Notes under the pieces: model-generated | Database searches by the model: none | What the model saw: the letters and a program-made list of their open reading frames with translations, nothing else | What the model was told of the DNA's origin: nothing | Made by a program: the position numbers and the translations under genes | Source of the DNA: Candidatus Woodwardiibium gallinarum | Lineage (GTDB): Bacteria; Bacillota; Clostridia; Oscillospirales; CAG-382 | DNA length: 64,000 nt | NCBI GenBank assembly: GCA_904419545.1 | Contig: CAJFRY010000006.1 | Span: 26,609 to 90,608 of the forward strand | Direction of reading: 5' to 3' | Shown: positions 17,925-26,295 of the stretch, piece after piece | Position numbering within the stretch: position 1 is the first letter of the stretch | Layout: each line of letters opens with the position of its first letter

Positions 17925-20693
17925 ATGGCACGCAGCTTTTTGAAGAAGTCGGAGGAAGGACCGAGCATCCGCACGATCACCTCGGCCTCTGCGCGGGAAT
18001 ACACGCGCGAGTTCCTCTCGCCTTCCGAAATGCAGCCCTACGAGGTCGCCGAAATTCTGGGCAGCGACATCGACAACGGGCTGACCAAGGCGGGCGTGGC
18101 GCACGCGCGTCGAAAGTACGGCAGCAACATCATCAAAGAAGAACTGTCGCTCTCCTTCGGACAGAGCCTGAAGAAGCAGCTTCTGGGCATTCACGGGCTG
18201 CTGGTGCTGCTGTGCGCAGTCATTTTGTATATTTTTACGCCTGACCCGCTGTATATGCTGCTGGCCGTCTGTGCAGCGGCGGTGACGCTGGTCAACGCCT
18301 ATCTGGAGAGCCGCTCGCAGAAAGCGATCAAAAGCACGCTGCGCCGCGTCTCGCCGAAAGCCATCGTCATCCGCGACGGCCGCGAGTTCTCGGTGGACAG
18401 CCGCGCGCTCGTTCCCGGCGACGTCATCCGGCTGGAGGTCGGCCGCATCGTCCCCGCGGACGCACGGCTGATCGAAGCCAACAGCCTGACCGTGCTCGAA
18501 ACGCCGGTCACGCGTGCCAAAGCCTCCGTCGGCAAGGACGCTTCCTATATCGCCGACGGAACCGGCGACGCCATCGCGCTGAATATGGTCTGCGCTCTCT
18601 CAGTCGTCACCGGCGGCAGCGCGAAGGCCATTGTCACCGCAACCGGCAAGGACACAGCCGTCCGCCTGCTTTCGGGCGATCGCACGCGCGACCCGATGCC
18701 GGCGCTGCTGAAATACATCCGCAGCACGGGCCGGTTCGTGTCGCTGGCGGCGGTAGTGACCGACTTCGTTCTCATCCTGCTCGGCCTGCTGACAAACCGC
18801 GACATCGTCAACGTGTTCACTATGGCGCTGACAATCGGCTTCGTCTCGCTTTCGGACAGCGCCTTCGCGCTCGCCTCGGCAGCCATCGGACTGGGGATGA
18901 AAAAGGCGTCGGCTGCGGGCGCTTCGCTCAAGAACCTCAACAGCATCGCCAAGCTCTGCTTCATCGATACAGTAATGTGTGAAAAGAACAGCGCCTTCCC
19001 GCCCCGGCAGCTCACGGCGCAGACCGCCTTTGTCGATTTCCGCCGCGTACCGGTCGAAAAGCAGAACCGCGATGCGCTTGAACAAGTATTGACGCTGTCG
19101 CTGGTCTGTTCAAACTTCCGCGAAAAGTTTGAAAACCCCTCGCTCTACCGCCGCCGCCGGAACCTCGACTTGTTTTACGAGGGCAGCCAGAGCGATTTGG
19201 CGCTCATCAAGGCCTGCGGCGAGCTGGATATCGAGCTTTCAGGGCTGAAAAACGATTACTTCAAAATTGAAACCGAATATACCACAGGCGGAGAAGCGCT
19301 GCGCACCCTCGTGCTGCACGAGGGAAAAAACCTTGTCGTCCTCAAGGGTGCGCCCGAGATGGTCGTCAGCCGGTGCGCGGGCTACGAAATCGGCGGCGAA
19401 GCAAAAAAAATGACGCCGGCCGCTGCGAAACGCCTGCTGGACGAAGCCGCGCAGCTCTCGCGCGAATCAATGACAGTCTACGCCGTCGCCGCCGGCATAA
19501 CCGAATGCGACAGTCTGAAAAGCATCGATGTGGAGAAGCGTCTGATCTTCAAAGGCTTCATCGGCTGCTATATGTCGGTTTACGTCGATTCCGCCTCAGC
19601 CGTATTCAAGTGTACGCAAGCCGGCATTGAGCCGGTCGTGCGGACCGACGAATCCTTTTATACCGCAGTCAGTCACGCAAAAAACGCAGGTATCATCACC
19701 GACGAATCGCAGGTCATCACCGGTGAGCAGCTCAGGAGCATGGACGAAGGGCTGTACATCGCCAACAGCCCGGACTATAAGGTCTACCGCGGCGTTACCG
19801 ACGCCGAGTGGCTGCGTGTGCTGCGGCTGCGTAAGGAGGACGGCAAGGCCGTCGCAGTGACCGCCGAGCGGATGGAGGACCTGACGCTGATGAGCGAAGC
19901 GGACGCAACCTTTGTCTCCAACAGTCAGGCGCCCGAGACGATCCTCCAGTCAGCCGACGTGCTCATCGACGCGGGCGGATTCGACGTGATCACGCGCGTG
20001 CTCGAATGCGCGCGCAGCATCTACAAGCGCGTGTACTCCGTTGTGCAGTATCTGACCGTTGCGTATGCGATGCTGGTGTTTTCGGCGCTGCTGTCGCTGT
20101 GTTCGGGGATGGCGTTCCCCGCGCGGGTGAGTGAAATCGTATTCGCGGGCTTTGGCGCCAACCTGCTGTTCGCACTGGCGCTGGCGTTCGCACCCACGCA
20201 CCGTAAAATTCTGACCGACAGGATCCCACGCTACACCGCGCGTCCCAAGCTGTCCGACTTTGCGGTGCCGCTGGCCTACGCGGGCGGCGGCGCGCTGGCG
20301 CTGCTGCTTTCCTATCTGGCCGGAAACGCGGAAGGCGCGCACTCACGCGTGCTCGTCACGTTCGTGCTGCTGCTTGCGATGTTCGCTTTCTCGGGCTCGT
20401 CAAAGCAGAGTCTGGTTACCAGCCGTGCCTACCGCAACTATCTGCTGCTGCCGGCGCTCGGCATATCCCTCGTGGGTATGGCGCTGCTGCTGTACGAGCC
20501 GTCGGCGCGCGCCGCATTCGGCTATCGCGCACTCGGTGCGGCCGATCTGCTGACGGCCGTCGGCATTGCTTTACTGAATTTCGTATGCCTACAGCTCGCG
20601 CTGTTTGCCATAAACAAATGTAAAATCAAAAAATCGCGTGCGCGGACCTTCCCGAAGTCGGGGCGCGGCGCGGCAGAAAAGGAGAATGTATAA
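17925..20693 (+). CDS. P-type cation ATPase homolog with degenerate catalytic motifs (probable pseudo-enzyme)
   Basis: 922 aa. It retains a Cation_ATPase_N-like start, the A-domain core VPGDVIRLEVGRIVPADARLI, KGAPE, and about 10 TM helices. However, DKTGT reads DTVMC, the TGES loop is absent (LTVLETPVTRAK), PEGLP reads SDSAF, TGDN reads RTDES, and GDGxND reads AERMED. Confidence 0.75.
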   Translation: MARSFLKKSEEGPSIRTITSASAREYTREFLSPSEMQPYEVAEILGSDIDNGLTKAGVAHARRKYGSNIIKEELSLSFGQSLKKQLLGIHGLLVLLCAVILYIFTPDPLYMLLAVCAAAVTLVNAYLESRSQKAIKSTLRRVSPKAIVIRDGREFSVDSRALVPGDVIRLEVGRIVPADARLIEANSLTVLETPVTRAKASVGKDASYIADGTGDAIALNMVCALSVVTGGSAKAIVTATGKDTAVRLLSGDRTRDPMPALLKYIRSTGRFVSLAAVVTDFVLILLGLLTNRDIVNVFTMALTIGFVSLSDSAFALASAAIGLGMKKASAAGASLKNLNSIAKLCFIDTVMCEKNSAFPPRQLTAQTAFVDFRRVPVEKQNRDALEQVLTLSLVCSNFREKFENPSLYRRRRNLDLFYEGSQSDLALIKACGELDIELSGLKNDYFKIETEYTTGGEALRTLVLHEGKNLVVLKGAPEMVVSRCAGYEIGGEAKKMTPAAAKRLLDEAAQLSRESMTVYAVAAGITECDSLKSIDVEKRLIFKGFIGCYMSVYVDSASAVFKCTQAGIEPVVRTDESFYTAVSHAKNAGIITDESQVITGEQLRSMDEGLYIANSPDYKVYRGVTDAEWLRVLRLRKEDGKAVAVTAERMEDLTLMSEADATFVSNSQAPETILQSADVLIDAGGFDVITRVLECARSIYKRVYSVVQYLTVAYAMLVFSALLSLCSGMAFPARVSEIVFAGFGANLLFALALAFAPTHRKILTDRIPRYTARPKLSDFAVPLAYAGGGALALLLSYLAGNAEGAHSRVLVTFVLLLAMFAFSGSSKQSLVTSRAYRNYLLLPALGISLVGMALLLYEPSARAAFGYRALGAADLLTAVGIALLNFVCLQLALFAINKCKIKKSRARTFPKSGRGAAEKENV

Positions 20694-20896
20694 TGAAAGA
20701 GATCACCAAAAACACCGTCATCGGCGATATCCTCGATCTGAACGAGGAGCTTGCCCCCTACTTCCTCGAAATCGGCATGCACTGCCTCGGCTGCCCGTCC
20801 GCACGCAGCGAAACCGTAGAAGAGGCCTGCCAGGTCCATGGTGTAGATGCCGACGAGCTGGTTAAAAAGCTCAACGCAGCCATCAACGGCAAATAA
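20693..20896 (+). CDS. DUF1858 domain protein (hybrid-cluster-protein-associated redox disulfide domain-like)
   Basis: 67 aa. VIGDILDLNEELAPYFLEIGMHCLGCPSARSETVEEAC carries the CxxC-type motif typical of this small family. The ATG shares one nucleotide with the upstream TAA. Confidence 0.7.
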   Translation: MKEITKNTVIGDILDLNEELAPYFLEIGMHCLGCPSARSETVEEACQVHGVDADELVKKLNAAINGK

Positions 20897-20961
20897 AAAT
20901 ACGAATCCGGCCCGTGAAGACAAGTTCGCGGGCCGGAATGATACGAAAAGAGGACAAGAAT

Positions 20962-21429
20962 ATGGGCAAAAGCACCTTTTTCAAGGATTTCAGAGCCTTT
21001 ATTATGCGGGGGAATATCATTGATATGGCCGTCGGCGTGATCATAGGCGGTGCGTTCAGCAAGATCGTGTCGTCACTCGTCGCGGACATCATCACGCCGC
21101 TCATTTCCCTGGCGCTCGGCAAGACTGATTTTTCCGACATTGTCTGGACGCTGAGAGCCGCGACCGATGACAGCGAGGCCATTGTGATGAACGGCGGTGC
21201 GTTCATCCAGACTGTCATCGATTTTCTGATTATCGCGCTCTGTATTTTTGTTGCGCTGCGCATAGCCGTCAAAGCCAGACATAAGGCTGAAGCCCTGCTG
21301 CACAGAGAAAAGGAAATGGAAGCGGAAGCGAATACAGCTCCGCCCGCCCCCACGCCCGAGCAGGAGAGCGCCGCCGCACTCAAGGAAATCCGCGACCTAC
21401 TGGCCGAGATGAAAGAGCAGTCCAAATGA
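20962..21429 (+). CDS. mscL: large-conductance mechanosensitive channel MscL
   Basis: FKDFRAFIMRGNIIDMAVGVIIGGAFSKIVSSLVADIITP is the canonical MscL N-terminus. The Met at 20962 was chosen over 20914. Confidence 0.9.
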   Translation: MGKSTFFKDFRAFIMRGNIIDMAVGVIIGGAFSKIVSSLVADIITPLISLALGKTDFSDIVWTLRAATDDSEAIVMNGGAFIQTVIDFLIIALCIFVALRIAVKARHKAEALLHREKEMEAEANTAPPAPTPEQESAAALKEIRDLLAEMKEQSK

Positions 21430-22328
21430 ACAAACAGCGATACATAATCGGTGCCGACGGCGGCGGCTCGAAAACCGCTATGATCCTCGCGCACGAGGAC
21501 GGCAGCGAGGCCGCACGTCTGACAGCCGGCGCTTCCAACCCAACCGACCTCGGCATTGAAAACAGCGCCTCGTTCCTGACCGAAACGGCATCCCGCCTTT
21601 GCGCAGAGAATAACATTGCGCCCGAACAGGTGTCCGCGATCTTTTTAGGAATCGCGGGCGGCTCGCATGAGGGCTTCCGCGCGCTGACGAACCGCAAGCT
21701 GCGCGCGCTTTTCCCGCAAGCGATTACGGAGGTGTCGCATGACGCGGTAAACATCTTCTACGCCGCATTCCCCGATGAGGACGGCACGGCCGTCATCTGC
21801 GGCACAGGCTGCTCGTGCTTTGTCAAAAAAGGAAACCGGCTGCATCGCATCGGCGGCTATTCGATTTTTGACGTCTCCGGCAACGGCTACGAAATCGGCA
21901 AACGCGCCATTTCACATGCACTCGCATGCGGAGACGGCCGCGCGGAGCCGGACGCACTCTACAGGCTGGTGCGGGAGCAAACGGGCGAGGAGATGCTTGA
22001 CGCACTGCCCCGCCTGCTGCTTGCCTCCAAAACCGAAATCGCTCGCTACGCGCCGCTGGTGTTCGAAGCCGAGCGGCAGGGCTCTGAGGCGGCGGCAGGC
22101 ATCCTCCGCGAGAACATTGCACGCATCGCCGAGTACATCAACTGTGCGGGTCGCCGCTTTTTCGACGCCCCCTTCCCCACCGCCATTGCCGGCGGCATCT
22201 TTCGCGACACGCGCGCAATGGAGCTGCTCCTGCCCATGCTGACCTGCGCCTGCCGCGTGTCCGTCCTGACGCGCGAGCCGGTGTTCGGCGCAGTGGAAAA
22301 GGCGCGGCGGCTGTTGACAAACGGCTGA
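21426..22328 (+). CDS. BadF/BadG/BcrA/BcrD-type ATPase (N-acetylglucosamine kinase-like)
   Basis: 300 aa. Carries YIIGADGGGSKTAMIL and GTGCSCF phosphate-binding motifs of the ASKHA fold. Confidence 0.7.
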   Translation: MNKQRYIIGADGGGSKTAMILAHEDGSEAARLTAGASNPTDLGIENSASFLTETASRLCAENNIAPEQVSAIFLGIAGGSHEGFRALTNRKLRALFPQAITEVSHDAVNIFYAAFPDEDGTAVICGTGCSCFVKKGNRLHRIGGYSIFDVSGNGYEIGKRAISHALACGDGRAEPDALYRLVREQTGEEMLDALPRLLLASKTEIARYAPLVFEAERQGSEAAAGILRENIARIAEYINCAGRRFFDAPFPTAIAGGIFRDTRAMELLLPMLTCACRVSVLTREPVFGAVEKARRLLTNG

Positions 22329-22378
22329 AAAGCGTGCTATAATCATGTTTGCCGAATCAACTGCGCTGCGGGTGATTC

Positions 22379-22412
22379 GCGCGGCAATTGCCGCGCAATT
22401 TCATTGTTTTTT
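22379..22412 (+). terminator. rho-independent terminator (or 5' attenuator of the thrS leader)
   Basis: GCGCGGCAATTGCCGCGC stem, followed by aatttcattgTTTTTT. Confidence 0.7.
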
Positions 22413-22626
22413 GAACCGTCTTGATGAAACTCAAGCCTGATTCCGACGCGAAAGCGCAAGGCTTTTAAGCATAGCCCCGCAAAGTCCTTGCGCCTGAGCA
22501 AAGCCCGGCTTGCCTTGAAAGACTTGGCCGATAAGGCTTCGACTTCTTAGCCGGTACGATAAAATTATATGCGCTGCCGCACGGCCATTTCGGAGCCGCG
22601 GGCAGCGGAAAGAAGGACAGATACCA
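22413..22626 (+). promoter_or_regulatory. structured, unclassified 5' leader of thrS
   Basis: About 210 nt with several helices (GCGCAAGG/CCTTGCGC, CCGGCT/AGCCGG, GCTGCCGC/GCGGGCAGC next to the RBS). A GATGAAA K-turn-like start is present, but no clear T-box 14-mer was seen. Confidence 0.35.
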
Positions 22627-24381
22627 ATGGACAACGAGCTGCAAACGCTCAGACACACAGCCGCGCACATTCTGGCGCAGGCAGTCAAGCGCCTGTACCC
22701 GCAGGCGAAGCTGGCGATCGGGCCGGCGATTGAAAACGGGTTCTATTACGACATCGACATGCCTGTCTCGGTTACGCCGGAGGTCTTGGCGCAGCTTGAA
22801 GCGGAGATGAAGAAAATCGCCGCCGAGAATCTGCGCATTGAACGCTTCACCCTGCCGCGGGACGAGGCGCTGGCTCTGATGAAGGACGAACCCTTCAAGA
22901 CAGAGCTGATCCAGGACCTGCCGGAGGGAGAGGAAATCTCCTTCTACAAGCAGGGAGAGTTCACCGACCTGTGCGCCGGCCCGCATGTCGCGTACACAAA
23001 AAAGCTCAAGGCCTTCAAGCTCACGCAGGCGACGGGCGCCTACTGGCGCGGAGACAGCACAAAGAAAATGCTTACGCGCATCTACGGCACGGCATTTGCG
23101 ACCAAGGAGGAGCTGGAAAGCTACCTCGCCGCCGTCGAAGAAGCCAAAAAGCGCGACCACAACAAGCTCGGCCGTCAGCTCGGCCTGTTTACCACCTCCG
23201 AGGAAATCGGACAGGGCCTGCCGATCATCCTGCCGAAGGGCACGGTCGTCCTGCGCACCCTCCAGCGCTGGGTGGAGGACGAGGAGGAAAAGCGCGGCTA
23301 TCTGCAGACAAAAACGCCGTTTATGGCCAAGCGCGAACTGTATAAGATCAGCGGACATTGGGACCACTACCGGGACGGAATGTTCGTTATGGGCGACCGC
23401 GCCGAGCAGGACGACCCGGAAAAGGAGATTCTTGCCCTGCGTCCGATGACCTGCCCGTTCCAGTTCCAGGCCTATCTGACCCAGACGCATTCTTACCGCG
23501 ACCTGCCGCTGCGTTACAACGAGACGAGCACGCTCTTCCGCAATGAAGCCAGCGGCGAGATGCACGGGTTGATCCGCGTGCGCCAGTTCACGATTTCCGA
23601 GGGGCATATCGCCTGCACGCCCGAGCAGCTTGAAGGTGAGTTCGCCGGCTGTCTGGAACTGGCAAAGTATATGCTGACCACACTCGGCTTGGAAGAAGAT
23701 GTGTTTTACCGCTTCTCGAAGTGGGACAAGAACAACCGCGAAAAATACATCGGCTCGGAGGAAGCATGGGAAGCCGCGCAGGACACGATGCGCCGCATCC
23801 TCAACGACCTGAAGATCGATTATTACGAAGCGGACGGCGAGGCGGCCTTCTACGGACCGAAGCTCGACATTCAGATCAAGAACGTCCATGGCAAGGAGGA
23901 CACGCTCATCACCATTCAGATCGACTTCCAGCTCGCCGAAAAATTCGGGATGGAATACGTCGACCGTGACAACAAGCGAAAGTACCCCTATGTCATCCAC
24001 CGCACCTCGATCGGCTGCTATGAGCGCACGCTGGCGCTGCTGATTGAGAAATATGCCGGCGCGTTCCCGCTCTGGCTCGCACCCGAGCAGGCGCGTGTGA
24101 TCCTGATTTCCGACGAGCAGAAGCCCTATGCCGAGAGCGTTCTGCAAACGCTTCGGGACGCCGGCATCCGCGCCACGCTCGACGACCGGAACGAAAAGCT
24201 CGGCTTCAAGATCCGCGAAGCACAGCTTGAAAAGCTTCCGTATATGCTTGTCGTCGGCGGCAAGGAAGCCGAGTCCGGCACCGTCGGCGTCCGCAGCCGC
24301 AAGGAGGGAGACCTCGGCAGCATGACGATCGATGCTTTTATCGGCAAGGCCGCGGAGGAAATCCGTACCAAAGCGAAATAA
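22627..24381 (+). CDS. thrS: threonine--tRNA ligase (short form beginning in the editing domain; no TGS domain)
   Basis: 584 aa. Starts at LRHTAAHILAQAVKRLYP, the HxxxH of the editing domain. Class II motifs are present (FRNEASGEMHGLIRVRQF, GPKLD). A C-terminal anticodon-binding domain is present. Confidence 0.95.
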   Translation: MDNELQTLRHTAAHILAQAVKRLYPQAKLAIGPAIENGFYYDIDMPVSVTPEVLAQLEAEMKKIAAENLRIERFTLPRDEALALMKDEPFKTELIQDLPEGEEISFYKQGEFTDLCAGPHVAYTKKLKAFKLTQATGAYWRGDSTKKMLTRIYGTAFATKEELESYLAAVEEAKKRDHNKLGRQLGLFTTSEEIGQGLPIILPKGTVVLRTLQRWVEDEEEKRGYLQTKTPFMAKRELYKISGHWDHYRDGMFVMGDRAEQDDPEKEILALRPMTCPFQFQAYLTQTHSYRDLPLRYNETSTLFRNEASGEMHGLIRVRQFTISEGHIACTPEQLEGEFAGCLELAKYMLTTLGLEEDVFYRFSKWDKNNREKYIGSEEAWEAAQDTMRRILNDLKIDYYEADGEAAFYGPKLDIQIKNVHGKEDTLITIQIDFQLAEKFGMEYVDRDNKRKYPYVIHRTSIGCYERTLALLIEKYAGAFPLWLAPEQARVILISDEQKPYAESVLQTLRDAGIRATLDDRNEKLGFKIREAQLEKLPYMLVVGGKEAESGTVGVRSRKEGDLGSMTIDAFIGKAAEEIRTKAK

Positions 24382-24485
24382 CGAAATATTGCCCGCAAAA
24401 GTGCGGCATGGGGAAAACGCCGATGCCGCAGCATTGTTTCATTGGTTTTGCACGGCGGCCTTGCCGCCGTACCCTATAAAAGAAA

Positions 24486-24518
24486 ACAGCCGACGAGTGC
24501 TTCGTCGGCTGTTTTTTA
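24486..24518 (+). terminator. rho-independent terminator of thrS
   Basis: CAGCCGACGA-gtgc-TTCGTCGGCTG followed by TTTTTT. Confidence 0.85.
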
Positions 24519-24644
24519 TCTTTTTCAATCCGCCCTCTGCTTTTCTATGCACGATTTACTCCGGTCCGGATGCCGCAGACAAAGCCTGTGTTCGGTGCCG
24601 TTTCACACCCGCATCCATGTGCATACGTTTTTGCAAATCTCCTA

Positions 24645-24673
24645 TTGCTTTGACCGAAATTATGGTATATAAT
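24645..24673 (+). promoter_or_regulatory. sigma-70-like promoter of the histidine kinase gene
   Basis: TTGCTT, 17-nt spacer, TATAAT. Confidence 0.45.
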
Positions 24674-24747
24674 GAAAATGTATATCCGTTTCTCCGGGAT
24701 AAAAAGCAAGGGATATACGAAACACAACGGGAAGGACAGGAAAAACG

Positions 24748-26193
24748 ATGTTCAAAAGCCTCTTTTCCAAATACATCACCGCATTTACAGCGATCATTGC
24801 CGTCAGCTTTCTGATTCTGGTGCTGGCGATATCCTCGATGGTCTCCAATTACTCCATTGAAACAAAAAAAGCGCTGATGGACAGCAGTGCACGCTACACC
24901 TCCGAGATCATTGATACCTACCGCGTGTTCGACAACACCGGCTTCAAGGGCACGGTCGAAAAATACGCTTCACGCATCCGCGACGCCTTGGAGGAATACG
25001 CCTCCACCGCCGATTCGGTGATCTTCGTGATGGAGCCAGACGGCAGACTGCTGCTCGTCAGCTCGCATACGTACGATGCGCTCGTCGGCAACGTGCTGTT
25101 GCCGCAGACGGTGGTCAGCGACGTTATCAACGGCGTAAACCAGTACGAGCTGAGCAATCTGGAAAACACCTTTTCCGAAAAGCGGCGCAACCTGTTCTCG
25201 GTCGTCCGCGAAGACGGCGGCGAAGCGGAGGGGTTGATTCTTGTTTCTTCTCCGTCGGTGGGCAATCCGCTGCTCATCGGCACGATGCAGAAAACAATGA
25301 TTGCCGCCTCGCTCTGGGTGCTGCTGGCCGCGATCATTGCGGTGTACGTTATCAGCCAGCGCATCAGCGAACCGATTAAAAGCATCAGCAAGGCAGCCAA
25401 GAGCTTTGCATTGGGCGACTTCAGCGTGCGTGTGAACGTGACCAGCCACGACGAGGTCGGACAGCTCGCCGCAGCCTTCAACAATATGGCCGCGTCGCTG
25501 GCCAAAACAGACGAGCTGCGCAGCGCCTTCGTCGCCAATGTCTCGCATGACCTGCGCACGCCGATGACGGTCATTTCCGGCTATGTGGACGGCATCCTTG
25601 ACGGCACGATTCCCGAGGAAAAGCGCGACTACTATCTTGAAATCATCTCCGATGAGGTACGGCGGCTGTCACGGTTGGTCAACTCGCTGCTGGAAATTTC
25701 ACGAATGCAGAGCGGCGACCGCAAATTGACGATGACCAATTTCAACATCACCGAAAAAGCGCGGCAGGTGCTTTTGAGCTTTGAGCAGAAAATCGACGAA
25801 AAACATTTTGAAATCGAGTTCAATTCTCCTGAGGATATCTTCGTCAACGCAGACACCGATGCCATCCATCAGGTGCTTTACAACCTGTGTGATAACGCGG
25901 TGAAATTTACGCCGGAGGGCGGCACCATCCGTTTCACCATCGAAAAGCGCGATAAAAAGGCTTATATTGCCATCCGCAACAGCGGCGACGGCATTCCCGA
26001 GGAGGAGCTGCCGTATGTATTCGAACGCTTTTACAAATCCGACCGTTCGCGTGGTCTGGACAAGACCGGCACCGGGCTGGGTCTTTACATTTCCAAGACC
26101 AACGTCAATATGCACGGCGAGGAGCTGAACGTACAGTCGGTCTACGGAGAATTCTGCGAGTTCAGCTTTACTTTGCCGCTGGCACAGAAATAG
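24748..26193 (+). CDS. sensor histidine kinase (2 TM, HAMP, HisKA, HATPase_c)
   Basis: 481 aa. H-box SHDLRTPMT, N-box LCDNAVKFTP, and G-boxes DGIPEE and GTGLGLYI. Confidence 0.9.
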   Translation: MFKSLFSKYITAFTAIIAVSFLILVLAISSMVSNYSIETKKALMDSSARYTSEIIDTYRVFDNTGFKGTVEKYASRIRDALEEYASTADSVIFVMEPDGRLLLVSSHTYDALVGNVLLPQTVVSDVINGVNQYELSNLENTFSEKRRNLFSVVREDGGEAEGLILVSSPSVGNPLLIGTMQKTMIAASLWVLLAAIIAVYVISQRISEPIKSISKAAKSFALGDFSVRVNVTSHDEVGQLAAAFNNMAASLAKTDELRSAFVANVSHDLRTPMTVISGYVDGILDGTIPEEKRDYYLEIISDEVRRLSRLVNSLLEISRMQSGDRKLTMTNFNITEKARQVLLSFEQKIDEKHFEIEFNSPEDIFVNADTDAIHQVLYNLCDNAVKFTPEGGTIRFTIEKRDKKAYIAIRNSGDGIPEEELPYVFERFYKSDRSRGLDKTGTGLGLYISKTNVNMHGEELNVQSVYGEFCEFSFTLPLAQK

Positions 26194-26295
26194 AGGGCGG
26201 AAAAAATTTTTCCAAAAATTTTTGCGCTTTCAGAAAATTTTAAGTATATCGCGCTATACTATGGGCACAACAAAAGAGAAGGGAGAAAGCAATCG

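Noticed and set aside
20906-20937. The hairpin TCCGGCCCG...CGGGCCGGA between DUF1858 and mscL, considered as a terminator.
   Set aside because: No U-tract follows, and mscL starts 25 nt later with its own RBS. It may modulate read-through, but the evidence is insufficient to annotate it.
22413-22626. Calling the thrS leader a T-box riboswitch.
   Set aside because: A T-box is expected from biology, but I could not locate the conserved T-box 14-mer (UGGNACCGCG-type) or a convincing specifier loop by eye. It is left as an unclassified leader pending a covariance-model scan.
22465-24147. A 560-aa minus-strand ORF opposite thrS.
   Set aside because: It is antisense to a canonical ThrRS and its translation has no motifs. 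The same reasoning applies to 5987-6625 (ruvC), 7550-8524 (ruvB), 9640-10515 (ecfA1), 33908-34873 (oxidoreductase), 39880-40827 (paaK), 41593-43104 (ahcY), 44976-46898 and 47294-48403 (GH genes), 49514-50461, 53231-54415 and 54503-55510 (fusion reductase), 55774-57093, 59949-60833 and 62302-63714.
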